NCBI GenBank assembly: GCA_030265395.1
Contig: JARFYF010000061.1
Span: 14,495,032-14,559,031, forward strand
Reading direction: 5' to 3'
DNA length: 64,000 nucleotides
From: Rhina ancylostomus
Lineage: Eukaryota
Below the pieces are notes generated by a model. That model worked only from the letters and a program-made list of their open reading frames with translations, made no database searches and was not told the DNA's origin. Both the position numbers and the translations under genes were made by a program. Positions 1 to 12,866 of the stretch are shown here, piece after piece (position 1 is the first letter of the stretch; the number at the start of each line of letters is the position of its first letter).

Positions 1-230
1 GAAGAGGTACAGGAGCCTGAAGACCCAAACTCAATGATTCAGGACAGCTTCTTCCCCTCCGCCATCAGATTTCTGAACAGTCCATGAACCCATGAACATG
101 ACCTCACTGTTCCTTTTGTTTTGCACTATTTATTTATTTTTGTAAATTATAGATTTTTATATCTTGCACTGTTCTGCTACCACAAAACAACAAATTTCAC
201 GACATATGGCAGTAATTCTGATTCTGATTC
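1..230 (+). mobile_element. Rex1/Babar LINE 3' end (truncated by window edge)
   Basis: KRYRSLKT...DSFFPSAIRFLN-type C-terminus followed by a 3'UTR and (attctg)n tail. Confidence 0.8.
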
Positions 231-573
231 TTTGCTCTCTGTGCTTTTGCATTTCTGGGACTTGATCAAACATTTTGCTGCCATCCATGCAGACTTTAGT
301 AAATATGCTGCCTTCTTCATTCCTCCTTGTCACTCCCTCAATAATTTCAATCATTAGATATGACCTTCTGTGGACAGATCCATGCTGGCTGTATTAGGTA
401 ACCAGATTTATGCAGTAATTAAGAATGTTTTTCTTTACTTTGCCCAACACAAACAATCGTCCAAACTGCCCCATAAGTTACTTGGTCTGTCACATTATCC
501 CCTTTTAAGAAATCGCACTATGGTCTTCCAATACACACCTGTAGCCAAAGAGGACGGTAAAACAAAGAGGACG

Positions 574-608
574 GTATGTTAGCTGAGTCCAAGAAGGGCT
601 GGTGTAAC
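574..608 (+). repeat. 35-nt exact direct repeat, copy 1 (copy 2 at 1557-1591)
   Basis: GTATGTTAGCTGAGTCCAAGAAGGGCTGGTGTAAC is identical at both positions. Confidence 0.95.
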
Positions 609-1062
609 AGGGACATTTGCATCAGTTTTGATCCCACCACATACAGGAACATCTCCAGATGGTAACTTTGTGATAATGATCATCCTGCACCTTATCAACT
701 GATCCTGAACAAGAAAAAAGTGCTGAGAGATGAAAGTTAGGCCCTTGCACTGCAGTAATGAAAATGAATTTGTCATTATTCTCATTGCTAGTAATTTAAC
801 TGAAGATCACAGTGCAGTGATATTTCAGAACTAACCTGAATTTGAAAAGATTGATCCCTCCAATGTTTTCATGTTCCATTCTTTATGGAGCTGTCAGTAT
901 TATCTTGAACTGGACTCCTGCTTTTTTTAAACAATGACTAAAAAATTGCTTCAAAGATGTTGAAATCAAGTGCCACTTATATGGATTACGGATCCTGATG
1001 AAGGGTCTTGTATCTGAAATGTTACACAGACACTGCTTGACCTGCTGAGTTCTACATACAAC

Positions 1063-1410
1063 ATAGACCATTACAGAACAGGAAAAGGCCCTTTGGCCTA
1101 CAATGTCTGGGCTCAACACAATGCCAAATTAAACTAATACTCTTTTGCCTATACATTATCTATATCCCTCCATTCCCTGCATACTCATGTATCTATCTAA
1201 CAACCTCTTAAATACCACTGTCGTATCTGCTTCCACCACTCCCCCAGGCAGCCTGTTCCAGGCACCTACCACTCTCTGCATAAAAAAACTTGCCCCACAC
1301 ATCTCCTTTAAACTTTCACCTTCTCACCTTAAATACATGCCCTCTAGTTGTTGATGGCAAGGAAATTCTGACTGTCTACCCATCAATGCCTCTCATAATC
1401 TTATAAATTT
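1063..1410 (-). mobile_element. CR1 LINE 3' end
   Basis: Reverse complement of the CR1 tail seen elsewhere in the window (acagaacaggaaaaggccctttggcc...atctgcttccaccactcccccaggca...tctcataatcttataa). Confidence 0.85.
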
Positions 1411-1829
1411 TATTTCAGATATACAGCACTTGCAGTTTTTGGATAACGTGACTTCTGACCAACTGCTGATACAACCTTAAAGGAACTAAGAAATTATTCT
1501 GAGACCACACTGAATGTTTGCCAGTATTCTGATTGGCAGTGCCTTGTGAGGGTTCTGTATGTTAGCTGAGTCCAAGAAGGGCTGGTGTAACTGGCTCTCT
1601 GTTGCCACAACTCTTAACTTCTGTACATGTTGCTTATGAATCTCTGGAGAGCAGTAGAGAGAAATGTATTAAATGTGACCCTCATCCTGAACGTTACCTT
1701 TGTGCGTGACTGCATACAGCTGCACATAGACTGTGGTACATAAATATTAAGTGCCACTATTTACTAAGGAGCTATCTGTTCACTGTTGTATGTATGGGTC
1801 AGGCCTTTCTGCTGTATGACATTCAATTC

Positions 1830-2260
1830 AGTTGGACTGTGCCCTCCCAAATGTCCGTCACGGACAAGTCCATGTGAGAGAACATCTTTGGCCACAATTC
1901 AATCAGGCAGTGCTTTGTACAGGATGTCTTCAAGGCTCTGTGGAGAAAAGAGACGATGTGTCATGTTGGGTGGTTCTCCGAGCAGATTGTCAAAAACATC
2001 TGGCAGTATGTCTCTGCACCCAACCTTGTCTGGCTTTTGGTGAGAAGGTCAGATCATTCATGCACAGGCAGAGTTTCATTGCAACCCCACTCTGCCCTCA
2101 AGGTGGCTGCTGTGGGGACGAGACCATCATCCATCTCCTTTAAGAATTAACATTTGAAAGAGGGCTTGGAAACAGACACAGTGGCCTTTGTCAAAGTTCA
2201 ACCCAAACAGCTGTATAACACAGGACCTGCTCTCAGGGTCACATATTGGACTGAAGGTCA
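1830..2260 (+). mobile_element. Tx1/L1-type LINE C-terminal zinc-binding (zf-RVT) remnant
   Basis: KVRSFMHRQSFIATPLCPQGGCCGDETIIHLL and ...KNIWQYVSAP resemble the CPxC...ETxxHLL motif of Tx1 ORF2. Confidence 0.65.
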
Positions 2261-3221
2261 ATGGCTCCGGATGTTCTTTCACTAAATGTCTTGATCCCCA
2301 ATGTCAACAGTTTTCTATACCCCAAAGCCCAAACTTCTCATATCACATTCCACACTTCACACCTCTCCCTCCTCTTTTAAGGTGCTCCTAATATATACAG
2401 TACATCTTTCAGCCAAATCTTTGGACATCTGCTCTAATACCTGCATGTGGCTTGGTTCCAAACTTTGTTTGATAACACTCTTAGGAAGCATCTTGGGATG
2501 TTTTGCCATGTTAGAAGCACCAGTATAAATACAAGTTGTTGATACTGGTGGTGATGAATGTTCACCATGTCCTCTGGCACCTTGTACGTCACTGGGCTTT
2601 ACTAAGGAGAGAACATCAGCCTCCTCCCACATAAACATTCTGGCATTTTGGCAGAATTCACTTTGGTGAAGGTCACACAATAGAGACTTATGGCACTGGA
2701 GAGGTCATTTGGCTGATTATAACCATGCCATCAAAAAATGGATGTTAGGTCAGTCCCTCTTCCTAGTTCTTGGTCCATAGTCCAACAGGTTATGACTTGA
2801 CTAGTCATTCAGTTACTTGTTAATTGTAGCTAGGGCTTCTAACTCCACCACCCTTCAAGGCCAAGAGCTCCAGATGTCCATTACTCACTGAATGAAAGAA
2901 TACTACCTCTAATCCTTTTACCATTTAATTTAAATCTACTCTTCTAGTTACTAGCCTCACTATGCTCCTTTTGAACAAAACCAGGATATAAAATGTACTC
3001 TTAACAATGGGGAGAAGGTGCTCAGCCATATTGTGAAAACTGAAGGAAGGTTTGCTGCAATGCAGCGAACTGCTTCCTCGCTGGATACTCCTTAGCATGT
3101 TGTTGCGGTGGGCGGAATAGTGGTCGCATCTCCCCACCCACAGACACACACCTTCTGTCAGCAGTTTCTCGTGTGGGATGAGCAGCGACACCAGGAACTC
3201 AACAGTCTGAACATTGAATTC

Positions 3222-3526
3222 TTATTATTATTCTTATATCTTTATTGGTCACATGTATATCGCAACACACAGTGAAATACATCGTTTGCGCAGAGTGTTC
3301 TGGGGGCAGCCCACAAGTGTCACCACGCTTCTGGCACCAACATAGCATGCCCACAACTTCCTAACCCATACGTCTTTGGAATGTGGGAGAAAACCGGAAT
3401 ACCCGGAGGAAACCCACACAGACATGGGGAGAGCATACAAACTTCATAAAGACTGCGGTGGGAATTGAACCAGGGTCACAGGCACCGTAATAGGGTTACA
3501 CTAACCACCACACTACCGTGCCTGCC
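3222..3526 (-). mobile_element. tRNA-derived V-SINE, alternative-tail subfamily
   Basis: Reverse V domain (ggaatgtgggagaaaaccgg..acccggaggaaaccca) and tRNA head. Tail is shared with 10800-11075. Confidence 0.9.
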
Positions 3527-4050
3527 TCCAATTCTCCAATTTCAGGTAACTTGCTCCCCCTCTGTCCCTCTTCTCTCTCCTCCTGATCTACCCAGTCCCT
3601 CCTATACCCACCACACTGTTTCTTTCCCCTTCCTTCTTCTCCTGCACCCAATCCATCTGCCCATCACCCACACACTCCTCCCACTGGCTCCTCTCCCTCT
3701 ACTGTTCCCATCTGCCCACCCCACCTCCCTTATTTGGTTCCTTCTCCACCTTCCTTTCTTATCAGATCCCATCATCTGCAGCCCTTTGTTGCCTCTGCCT
3801 ATCCCCTCCCAGCCTCTGTCACTATTTCAACTCTTGCTTTCTCCATCTGTCTATCACCTCTCCTCACCTGGATCCAACTATTGCTTGCTAGCTCTTGCCC
3901 CACCCCATCCCCATCACCTCTCTTTACTGGCTATCTCCCATCCATCTTTCAGTGCAGATGAAGGGTCTTGACCCGAAACATCATCTGCCCATTTCCCTCC
4001 ACAGATGCTGCCTGACCCATTGAGTTCCTCCAGCATCTTGTTTGTCGCTG
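3527..4050 (+). mobile_element. Penelope-derived pyrimidine-rich 3' region and terminal repeat
   Basis: CT-rich stretch ending gatgaagggtcttgacccgaaac...cacagatgctgcctgacc..tgagttcctccagca, the terminal motif found next to GIY-YIG remnants at 54.5 and 57.4 kb. Confidence 0.7.
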
Positions 4051-6139
4051 TGATTCACACAGCCTCACCTCTTTGTGGGATGACAGGAGCTAGGAGTCAG
4101 GGTGGAGGCCAGCTCCAGTTGTTTTGAAAGACAAAGTGAGATTTAATTTTCCTTTTTATTTAAGTAACATAAATAAAGGTTTCTTTTTTGGAACTGCTAG
4201 ACTTTGTAGTCTTTGATCAGGAGCTGTTACATCTGGGCAGGTGTATCGTAACAAAGTCAAAGCAAGACACCTAACATCTTGAGGGCAAGACAAAAACAAG
4301 TTTGTTGGTAGACAGCATGAGTCATTATTATGCCTCACATTGCGTTCGAAAAAGCCTTTAGGTGCAATTTTCATCCATCACAGGATACAGTCAACACAAG
4401 TACTCAGTTTAAATCCAATAATAGCAACTCTATTAATCGTGGTGTGAACATTGGGTAGAAATGCTTTGAAGCTTCATTTGGGAATCATTTTGCATGCTCC
4501 GTGGCTATACTTCCTAAGAAGATGAATATAAATTTCACAATGAAGAAACCGTATGTGGCTCAGGCTTGTCTCTGGGGTCTTTGGGTGAAGCAGCTCATGG
4601 GGGTGTCGTTCTGACTTTTGGAGATTAATTATGCACTGTCATTAATGNNNNNNNNNNAGTAGAACTTCCAGAATATAAACTAAACCACACTGAGATAGGG
4701 GTAATTTGGGTTTGGCAGCCTTTAGAAACACATTCTCTTGCCTAGCTTATTTGATGCTTCTGTTTCAATATGTTTCATCAAGTAATGAAGTCAGCTAACT
4801 CCTGCACTCAACTACACACTGGCAAAGACGTATCGGAGGGTGGCCTTCATTCCTAACTGCACATCTCATCAATGACAATCCTCACTAAATCTGTAGAGTT
4901 CTATAGATTGTAGGGCACAGATGCAGTCCATTCAGCCCTTCTGATCCATGTTGGTATCAATGCTCTACGAAATCTCCATCCCACTGGAACCTGGTTGCCT
5001 GACCTGAGCCCAACAGGACTTGACTGCATGTGTGGAAATTGGGTTGGCTGGGTTGGGCAAGGTCACGTCAGCCCGGTGCAGTACCTTGTCCAGGTTGGGA
5101 TGATTTGCTTTGTATTACTGCACACACCCTGTGTTCTTAACCAATATTTTGTGCTTCATCCTCAGACAGATCAAAGTACATTTGACATTGTTGGGTCTGT
5201 GTGGGAAGAATTATAAGTCTGGGTTCTGATTAGCTATGGTTGGTTAGGGTTTTTAATCTTATTCTGCCTTGCTTTCTTTCATTTAATCAAAATATTGTTT
5301 TTGTTTTCCTTCAAGTTTCCTATGAATTCCCTCTTGGACTTTAGTCTAGTCAGATTCCCAAACCTATGCAACTCCATGATTATCCGGAGGGACTGATTAA
5401 AGTCATGGTAAATAACAGTATAAGTGAACAGTCTCTACCTTGATGCAATAGCTTTAATCGACACAAAAGCCTCTTGAGTCTTTCAAAGTCTACCATCAAG
5501 TTTAATGAAGTCAATAATTTTTTCTTGATAATGGCAAATCAGTATACTTCCTGTCCAAGCACACCAGCATGGTGGAGAAGATGGTCGCCACCATGACGTG
5601 TTTCCCATTCTAGCTACAAAAATACATTATAATTAGTTTCACAGAAAGGATGATATTTCAGGAAAATAAGCCCGAGGTTGAGATTTCCAGAGAAAATTAA
5701 GCGCAGATGAGTTGGAATCCACGCATCTTAACAAGAAAAGGATGGAGACCAGGTCAATGGCATATGTACCCCTGCACATAGAACCCAAGGATGCTGGGGG
5801 AGTGGTTCAGGGATGGTAAAGAGAAGGGTGTAAACCTGTACATCTGCCCCGCTCCAGAATCCCAATCCTATTGGGGCAGTGGGCCTAGGAAATAATGAGC
5901 CATTCCCGCAGCTCTCTGGTACGATACAAAATCAAAATCCCACGGATCCTGGAAATCTAAAATAAAAACAGAAAATGTTGGAGATACTCAGCAGGTCAAG
6001 CTGCATCTATGGAGAGAGAATCAGAGTTAATATTTCTGGTTGATGATTGTTCATCGTAATACTCTCATTTATCCTGCAGAAATATACATCTGTGCCTGAC
6101 CCTAACTGGAATTACTTTATCTATTAATCCAATTATCAA

Positions 6140-6505
6140 TCACATGGAGCAATTCAGCAGCAAAACAAGCCCTTCGGCCCGACTCATCCGTGCCGACCAA
6201 GATGCCCGTCTGTGTGAATCCCATTTTCCTGCATTTGACCCATATCCATCTATTCTTTTTCTATCCATGTACCTGTCCAAGTGTCTTTTAAATGTTGCTA
6301 TTGTACCTCAACCATTTCCTCTGGCAGCTCATTCTGCATTTTCACCATTCTCTGTGCGAAGAAGTTGCCCCTCAGGTCCCTTTTAATTCTTTCCCCTCTC
6401 ATCCTAAACCTATGTCCTCTAGTTTTTGATTCCCTTTCCCTGGGAAAAAGACAATACGCGTACACCCATTTTATGCCGCTCATGATTTTATACACCTCTA
6501 TGAGG
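6140..6505 (-). mobile_element. CR1 LINE 3' end
   Basis: Minus-strand ORF YKIMSGI...SKTRGHRFRMRGERIKRDLRGNFF; aagcccttcggccc tail. Confidence 0.87.
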
Positions 6506-8289
6506 TCAGTTTCTTATCAGTCTGACTCTCTATCTATCAATTTATATCTATTGATATCTGTCTATCTATCAGTCTATGGGGGTAGATCTTACTGAAGGGT
6601 TTATCGTGTCTAATGTTCGATGTTCTATGTGCTCCTGTTCCTCTGTCTTTGAGGTTAGACTGCTGTGAATCACCCTGCTATTTACACTCTCCTGAGGAAA
6701 CCATGACTATGGTCATTCATAAATTGCTCAACCAGATAAGGCCTTCTTATCATAGGGTAGTAGTGGGTGAGGTGCATATTTGCTTCTCATTATTTGTGTT
6801 ATTTCAACACACTTCCTTCANNNNNNNNNNNNNNNNNNNNNNNNNNNNNNNNNNNNNNNNNNNNNNNNNNNNNNNNNNNNNNNNNNNNNNNNNNNNNNNN
6901 NNNNNNNNNNNNNNNNNNNNCATTTGTCAATACTCACACAAGAACAGATGAAAACAAAGCAGGAGTGAACACTATTGTCTTTCCAAAGTTAGCTGCCATT
7001 CAGTGAGATTGTGACCCCTGAGCTTCTACCCCACCTCCAGCTTCCCTCCCTACCCCTATGTACCTCTATTTCCGAAGATCTAACAATCTTTGAAGAGAAT
7101 ACATACAAAAACTGTACCGTCCTCAGAGGAGAAATTCCAAAGATTCACAACTCTTTGAGTGAAAAAGTATCCTTTCATCTTAATTCTAAATAGCTGACCC
7201 CTTCTTGTGAGACAGTAGCCCTCTGTTCTCAGCTCCCCATCAAGGGAAACGTCCTCTCAGCCTCCACCTTCTCAAGCCCCCAAAGGATGCCGTGCTTCGT
7301 CGAGGTTGTTCTCTATGACGATGTCGCTTTTATTTCATCTTTTCTTGTGTTTGCCTGAAGATGTAGTCTGCCACAAGGCGATTTCACAAATGGCTGGTAT
7401 GACAACTGGCTGTTTGACTGTGGGGGCATCACTAACATTGTTCTCCTCAACAATGCCCACATATGGCCATTTCCTGCAGGAGTCAATGTTAACAATCTGG
7501 AATGATTATTATCATTCAAGAAGATGCTGCAATATACCTTCTACTCCAGAATAATAAGGACAATTATGATACTTTGATGCCAACCTAGCTGAAATTGCCC
7601 AACAACATTTATTTGGATAATTGAATCAATACATGGATGAAGAGGCTATTAATCGATATGAAAGGAAGCACTCTTTTACATGTGTGAAATGCTCCCTGGA
7701 TTTCACAGTAGTTCTGTTGTTGCGTGTGTGAGGATGACGTAAAGTGCAATTTCAGAGTGTAAAAATAATGTCCAATATATCAGATTTTGCACATCAACTC
7801 ACAAATCATATTGAGTATACAACTATCAAGATGTGGTTGGTTAGAGGTTCAAATATTAAAATCAATTTTGACTAACCTCTACTCTGGTTCTAATGTCAGG
7901 CAGAGTGCAGTTACACACCATCACCAGAGTTGCCTTGGTCGACAGGACAGATCTTATGATCTCAGAGAGACTGCACTGCAGCTGCTAGTGAGAAGCTCCC
8001 AGCAGCCAGGACATTTACAACAGAAGGAAAGATCCTAGATTTTAACTTAAATGTGTCCTTTTGCAATTTGAGATTTAACTTTACAGTGTGATGGACTTTT
8101 ACACCAAGCTGAAGTGTTTTAGGTTATTTATTTCTGAAATTTCCACTTGAGGAACACATGAAAGGTAAATGTTACAAACTCTACACTGAAGCTTCATGAA
8201 GTTCATTGCATATACACACATGATTTAGAGGCATCAATAAGTTACACTCTAAGAGCAATGATAAACTGGCTATCCAGTGAATTCAAGAC

Positions 8290-8404
8290 GGTCAGTTTTA
8301 GCTTAGTGGGCATCACATTTGCCTCCACATCAGAAAGTTAGGGGTCCAAGACCAACTCCATAGATCCGCCCACAAAATTCAGGCTGATCCTCCAGTGCTG
8401 TACT
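8290..8404 (+). mobile_element. Deu-domain (SacSINE1-like) SINE head, interrupted
   Basis: gcttagtgggcatcac..gcctcc..atcagaaagtt.ggggtccaag..caactcca...cacaaaattcaggctga..ctccagtgctgtact resembles the Deu-SINE 5' part. A matching tail lies at ~9780-9960. Confidence 0.55.
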
Positions 8405-9225
8405 TCATGTTCTTAGGCAGTCCCTTGGGATCAAGGATGACTTGCTTCCAGTTGGATTTTGTGGGTTCTGAGGTGGCTGATGACGCTGAGGAGGGAACTG
8501 CAGACTCTTCCACAGATAGGGCAGGAGGTGCCTGAGGGTGCAAGTGTGTGGGCTGTTTATGAGGTGGTGCACTCTTTCTGCCATTCGTGCGTAGATTCAA
8601 GGATCTCAATATTATGAATAATACACTTTCTCCACTTTGAATGGTCCTAGGTGTTGGTGGGGATTTTGCAAGGAAACTTTGAGCACGTCCTTGAATGCTT
8701 CTCTCTGTCTGCCTAATAATTTCCCCCAACAACTGAGCTCGGAATAGAGTGTCTGGTGTCGAGCATGTGATCAGCATGGCCAACATAGCTGAATGAGTAC
8801 AACTGAGCTCTCCGTGCTGGTGATGTTGGCCCAGGAGAGGACACTGAAGTTGGTTTGCTTACACTTCACTTCCAGTGAATTTGTGCCAGGTCTGAAGTCT
8901 TGATCTGCAAGTTCTCTTTTCCTCCAATGAGCCAGGGCTGTGCTAACATGTTGAAGATCTTGGTGAATTTCATCACTAATTTCTGAGGAGGACCCTGGTG
9001 ATGACTTTCCCTGTGCCAGACAGCAGAGAGACTCCTCTGTAGACACCACAGTCAGACAGGTCTCCTTCCTTGAAGATGGTCACGATCACTGACTCTTTGG
9101 TATATTTTCCTCTTCCTAGATGTGGATGATGAGGTTGTGGATTTGTGACTGAAGTTCTTCATCACCGTGCTTCAGGATGTCAGTGGGGATCCATCTGCTC
9201 CTGATGCCTTGTTATTTTTGAGTTG
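8405..9225 (-). mobile_element. RTE-clade LINE remnant
   Basis: With frameshifts, the minus strand reads KNNKASGADG/IP..ILKHGDEEL...VIVTIFKEGDLSDCGVYRGVSLLSGTGKVITRVLL. 3' end gtcccttgggatcaaggatgacttgcttcca. Confidence 0.85.
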
Positions 9226-10799
9226 GATATGACCATCTCACTGCATCCCTCCTCGCTTCTCACCCAGTCACCAGCTCCGGCCACATACCGGGCCCCATTC
9301 CTCTTCCCTTGTTCCCGCTGCAAACCTGCTCATGTTCCTGACCCCTGCACACCCAGCCCATGTTTCCAAAGCTTCAAACCAGCCATACACTCATCCCCAC
9401 ATACTGACCCCAGACTCTGACCACGCACCTGGCTCACATTCCAATCCCTGACTCCGAATGGATTCCTGACTCGCGTTCTGATCCCCGGCTCTTACCACAC
9501 ACCTGCTCCACCTTCTAATTCCCAATCCAACTTCATACCTGACCCATGTTCTGACCCACGGAGAAAGTCATAGGGAGATACAGCATGGAAACAGGTCCTT
9601 TTGCTCACTGAATCTGCACTAACCATCAACCACCCATTTACACTAGTCATGCATCAATCCCGTTTAATTGTACACTAATCCCAGTTGGACCCTCAATTCC
9701 AACCACATCCCTGGCCCATGTTCCAATCCCCAGTTCCAGCTGCACGAGGTAGAGATTTCCACTGAAATCCTCCAGGTCTTTCTGCAGTATCACCAACAGC
9801 CGGTGAATTGGTTGTTACCAAATTGCTGTTTGTTGGAAGCTTGTGAGCAAATTAGCTGCTTCATTTCCAGCATAATAATGATGACTAAGCTTCAAAAATA
9901 CTTAATCAGATGCAAAGTGCTCTGGGACCTCCTTAGCCCTAGATGGGTTGTTATATATATTTTTTTCTCTTTTTAATAAATACAATGTTTTCACTTTTCA
10001 AATTGCAGTGAGCCTAACATAATATATACCTCCATGTGGAGGTTAGGTAATAAAGGTGAAAATTACATTTCATGCTTGGCTGCAAACATCAGATCAAAGT
10101 AACCATTATTTATTCATGGGGCCACAAGATGCCTGAATATTTCAGGCCTGCCTTTGTTTCCAGTTTGCCCTCAGTGACTGATTTTCATAATATCAAACCA
10201 TAGGATGTTTCCTGCTTTATAAAAAAAGAGTAAATGCTAAGTCTTTTTTTTCTCTCCCTCATTAACCTCAACCTATTTCTCTTCCTCTCCAAAGACATGG
10301 ATATCCCATTACAGCATTGCACCAATCAATTAGTTCTGGCAACTCCCTCAAGTGCACATAAATTGACTGCAAATTTTAACGGTGGGAGCAGGCAATGTTG
10401 TGAATCCTGGGGGAAATCAAATCCTATCCTTGCCTATAATCCTCACTTGTTTGTTTGACTGGACCACTGGGTAACCAGTAGGAGTGGGAACGTCGACTCT
10501 TTCCTGTTTAGTCCACCCTAGCCATTCACTCCAGGATCTGTTGCTACACAGAAGTAAACATGGGCTCCACAGCAAAGTATTCAATTAGGTTAGAAATTCT
10601 TCTACTTCCTGGGAAGATGTGCAGAATTGAGCAACGCTGCAGAGTGGATGAGAGGTGGGGAAGAGAGGAAGGGTCCTATGATAGCTTCNNNNNNNNNNTA
10701 TTTGAAGCCATGTGATTGCAAGGCATTGTGTGAGTTATAACTGCAAATCCCGGACTTCCCATTCATAATGCACATACGGGGCAGCACACAGAGAAAACA

Positions 10800-11075
10800 A
10801 GATATCCTTATTAGTCACATGTACATTAAAACACACAGTGAAATGCATCTTTCTGTAGAGTGTTCTGGGAGCAGCCAGCAAGTGTCACCACGCTTCCAGC
10901 GCCAACATAGCGTGCCCACAACTTCCTAACCGGTATGTCTTTGGAATGTGGGAGGAATCTGGAGCGCCCGGAGGAAACCCACGGGGAGAATGTACAAACC
11001 CCTTACGGACAGCAGCTTGAATTGAACCTGAGTCTCTAGTGCTGAAATAGCGTTACGCTAACCACTACACTGCTG
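10800..11075 (-). mobile_element. tRNA-derived V-SINE, alternative-tail subfamily
   Basis: Colinear with 3222-3526 over ~270 nt. Confidence 0.9.
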
Positions 11076-11078
11076 TTC

Positions 11079-11335
11079 CACAGCTCCAGATTCCGGGTTC
11101 AATCCTGACCTCTGCAACAGTCTGTGTGGAGCTTGCACTTCTGCCTGAGACCACAGCTTCCTCCCACATCCCAAAGGGGATTGGTAGGTTAATTGGCCAC
11201 TGTGCATATGTAAGTAGGGTGAGGGTGGTGGGAGGTAGTTGATGAAAATGAGGGGAGGATAAAATGGAATTACTGTAGGATTAGTGTAAGTGGGAACTGG
11301 ATGGTCGCACAGACTCAGTGGGCCAAAGTACTACT
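11079..11335 (+). mobile_element. Older V-SINE, 5'-clipped
   Basis: cagctccaga..ccgggttcaatcctgacctc...tctgtgtggagcttgcac...ttcctcccacatcccaaag...actcagtgggccaaag. Confidence 0.8.
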
Positions 11336-12866
11336 ATAAGATTGTACTGGGTTCATGTTACAGCACTGATACTGGCTTGGGCACCTATGTACAATATTNN
11401 NNNNNNNNNNNNNNNNNNNNNNNNNNNNNNNNNNNNNNNNNNNNNNNNNNNNNNNNNNNNNNNNNNNNNNNNNNNNNNNNNNNNNNNNNNNNNNNNNNAC
11501 AATATTAAAGTAATCCCACCTCTGTGATTTGGAAGGGTGATGCAGAGTTGAAATGAATAGGCATAAATCCATTACAGCCACACCTCTGGTAGCAAGATCG
11601 TGGATATATATAATGTGTCCTACCAGTTATATTTGTACTTTACATGATTACCAGTTAAATATTAACAAAGTTCTAGAACTCTTACAGTATCCTAATAATT
11701 TTTCAGCCTCAGAGACTCATCACCTGAGTTCTTAGTCATCATGAACTAATTTCACCTCCAGACTGCTGATTCTGTCATGTTGATCTGTGAGGGAAGGTTT
11801 ACACGTTCATTTACTGGTCAGGTGCAGTTACTGCTAGATAGATGTTGGATTTTATAAATGTGCTCAAATTCAGGTGCAGAACATATCACAACTGGAGAAC
11901 ATGTTGGTCCCCATTCCACATCATTTCAAACCTTTAGTACTGCACCCAAAAATTTCTGATTTTTATCTGCAGAACATTCCTTGGACTGACATTTGAGATC
12001 AGCAGTGTTGAAAGGGTTGGAAAAAGGAATGAATTTTGTGGCTCTGGTCATTGGGATCATTTCTCCCTCACTTTGCTCCCAAGCAAGAATTTCTCCTCTG
12101 CATCCCAGTTCTACTTTGATTAGAGCCAGTGCTGAACTTTGTGGTCACTCTGCAGATTGGTGAAATTTAAAAAAGTACTGTGCAAGAAAAATAAAGTTGT
12201 AGAATCAAGCACAAAGACTAAAATATATTGAAGATTAGACTTTCTGCATATCTGGAAGATCACATAACACTCTCTGGGAAATTACATTGTGCTTATGCAT
12301 GGAGAGCGCTGGCCTCCGTTTGATGTAGCCATTGTGAAATCACAGTGTGAATACAGGCTTTGGGAAACTGCAGGGCTCAGCTGCAGGAGCAGAGTTAACT
12401 GGATGGTGCAGCCTAAGCTAAAGGGTCCCCCTTATCTCGGCTGTGAATCAGTGCAGAAGCAACATTGTACAAATACTTTGGTTATACAGCTTGTACTGAT
12501 ATAGCATTAACATTCTGGACACAGAGAAAAATATTTCTGAAAGAGCACTGACTGAATGTGAAGACTACCTGTAGACAATTTTAATTGGAACATGTACAGT
12601 ACATAGCTTAATCCATCTCATCTACAGATGGCAGTCAGTTCAGAGCACTGGCATCAACAACTATGAAGATGATGATGATAATTTCAGCTATAATGATTTG
12701 ACTGAAACAATTTAATCCTGGAGCCAGTTCTATCCACTTCATTAGAAAATTTCAGACTAGAAAGAANNNNNNNNNNNNNNNNNNNNNNNNNNNNNNNNNN
12801 NNNNNNNNNNNNNNNNNNNNNNNNNNNNNNNNNNNNNNNNNNNNNNNNNNNNNNNNNNNNNNNNNN

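Noticed and set aside
3465-3971. 168-aa Leu/Pro/Ser-rich ORF
   Set aside because: Translation of the CT-rich repeat tail, with a TTG start inside a SINE.
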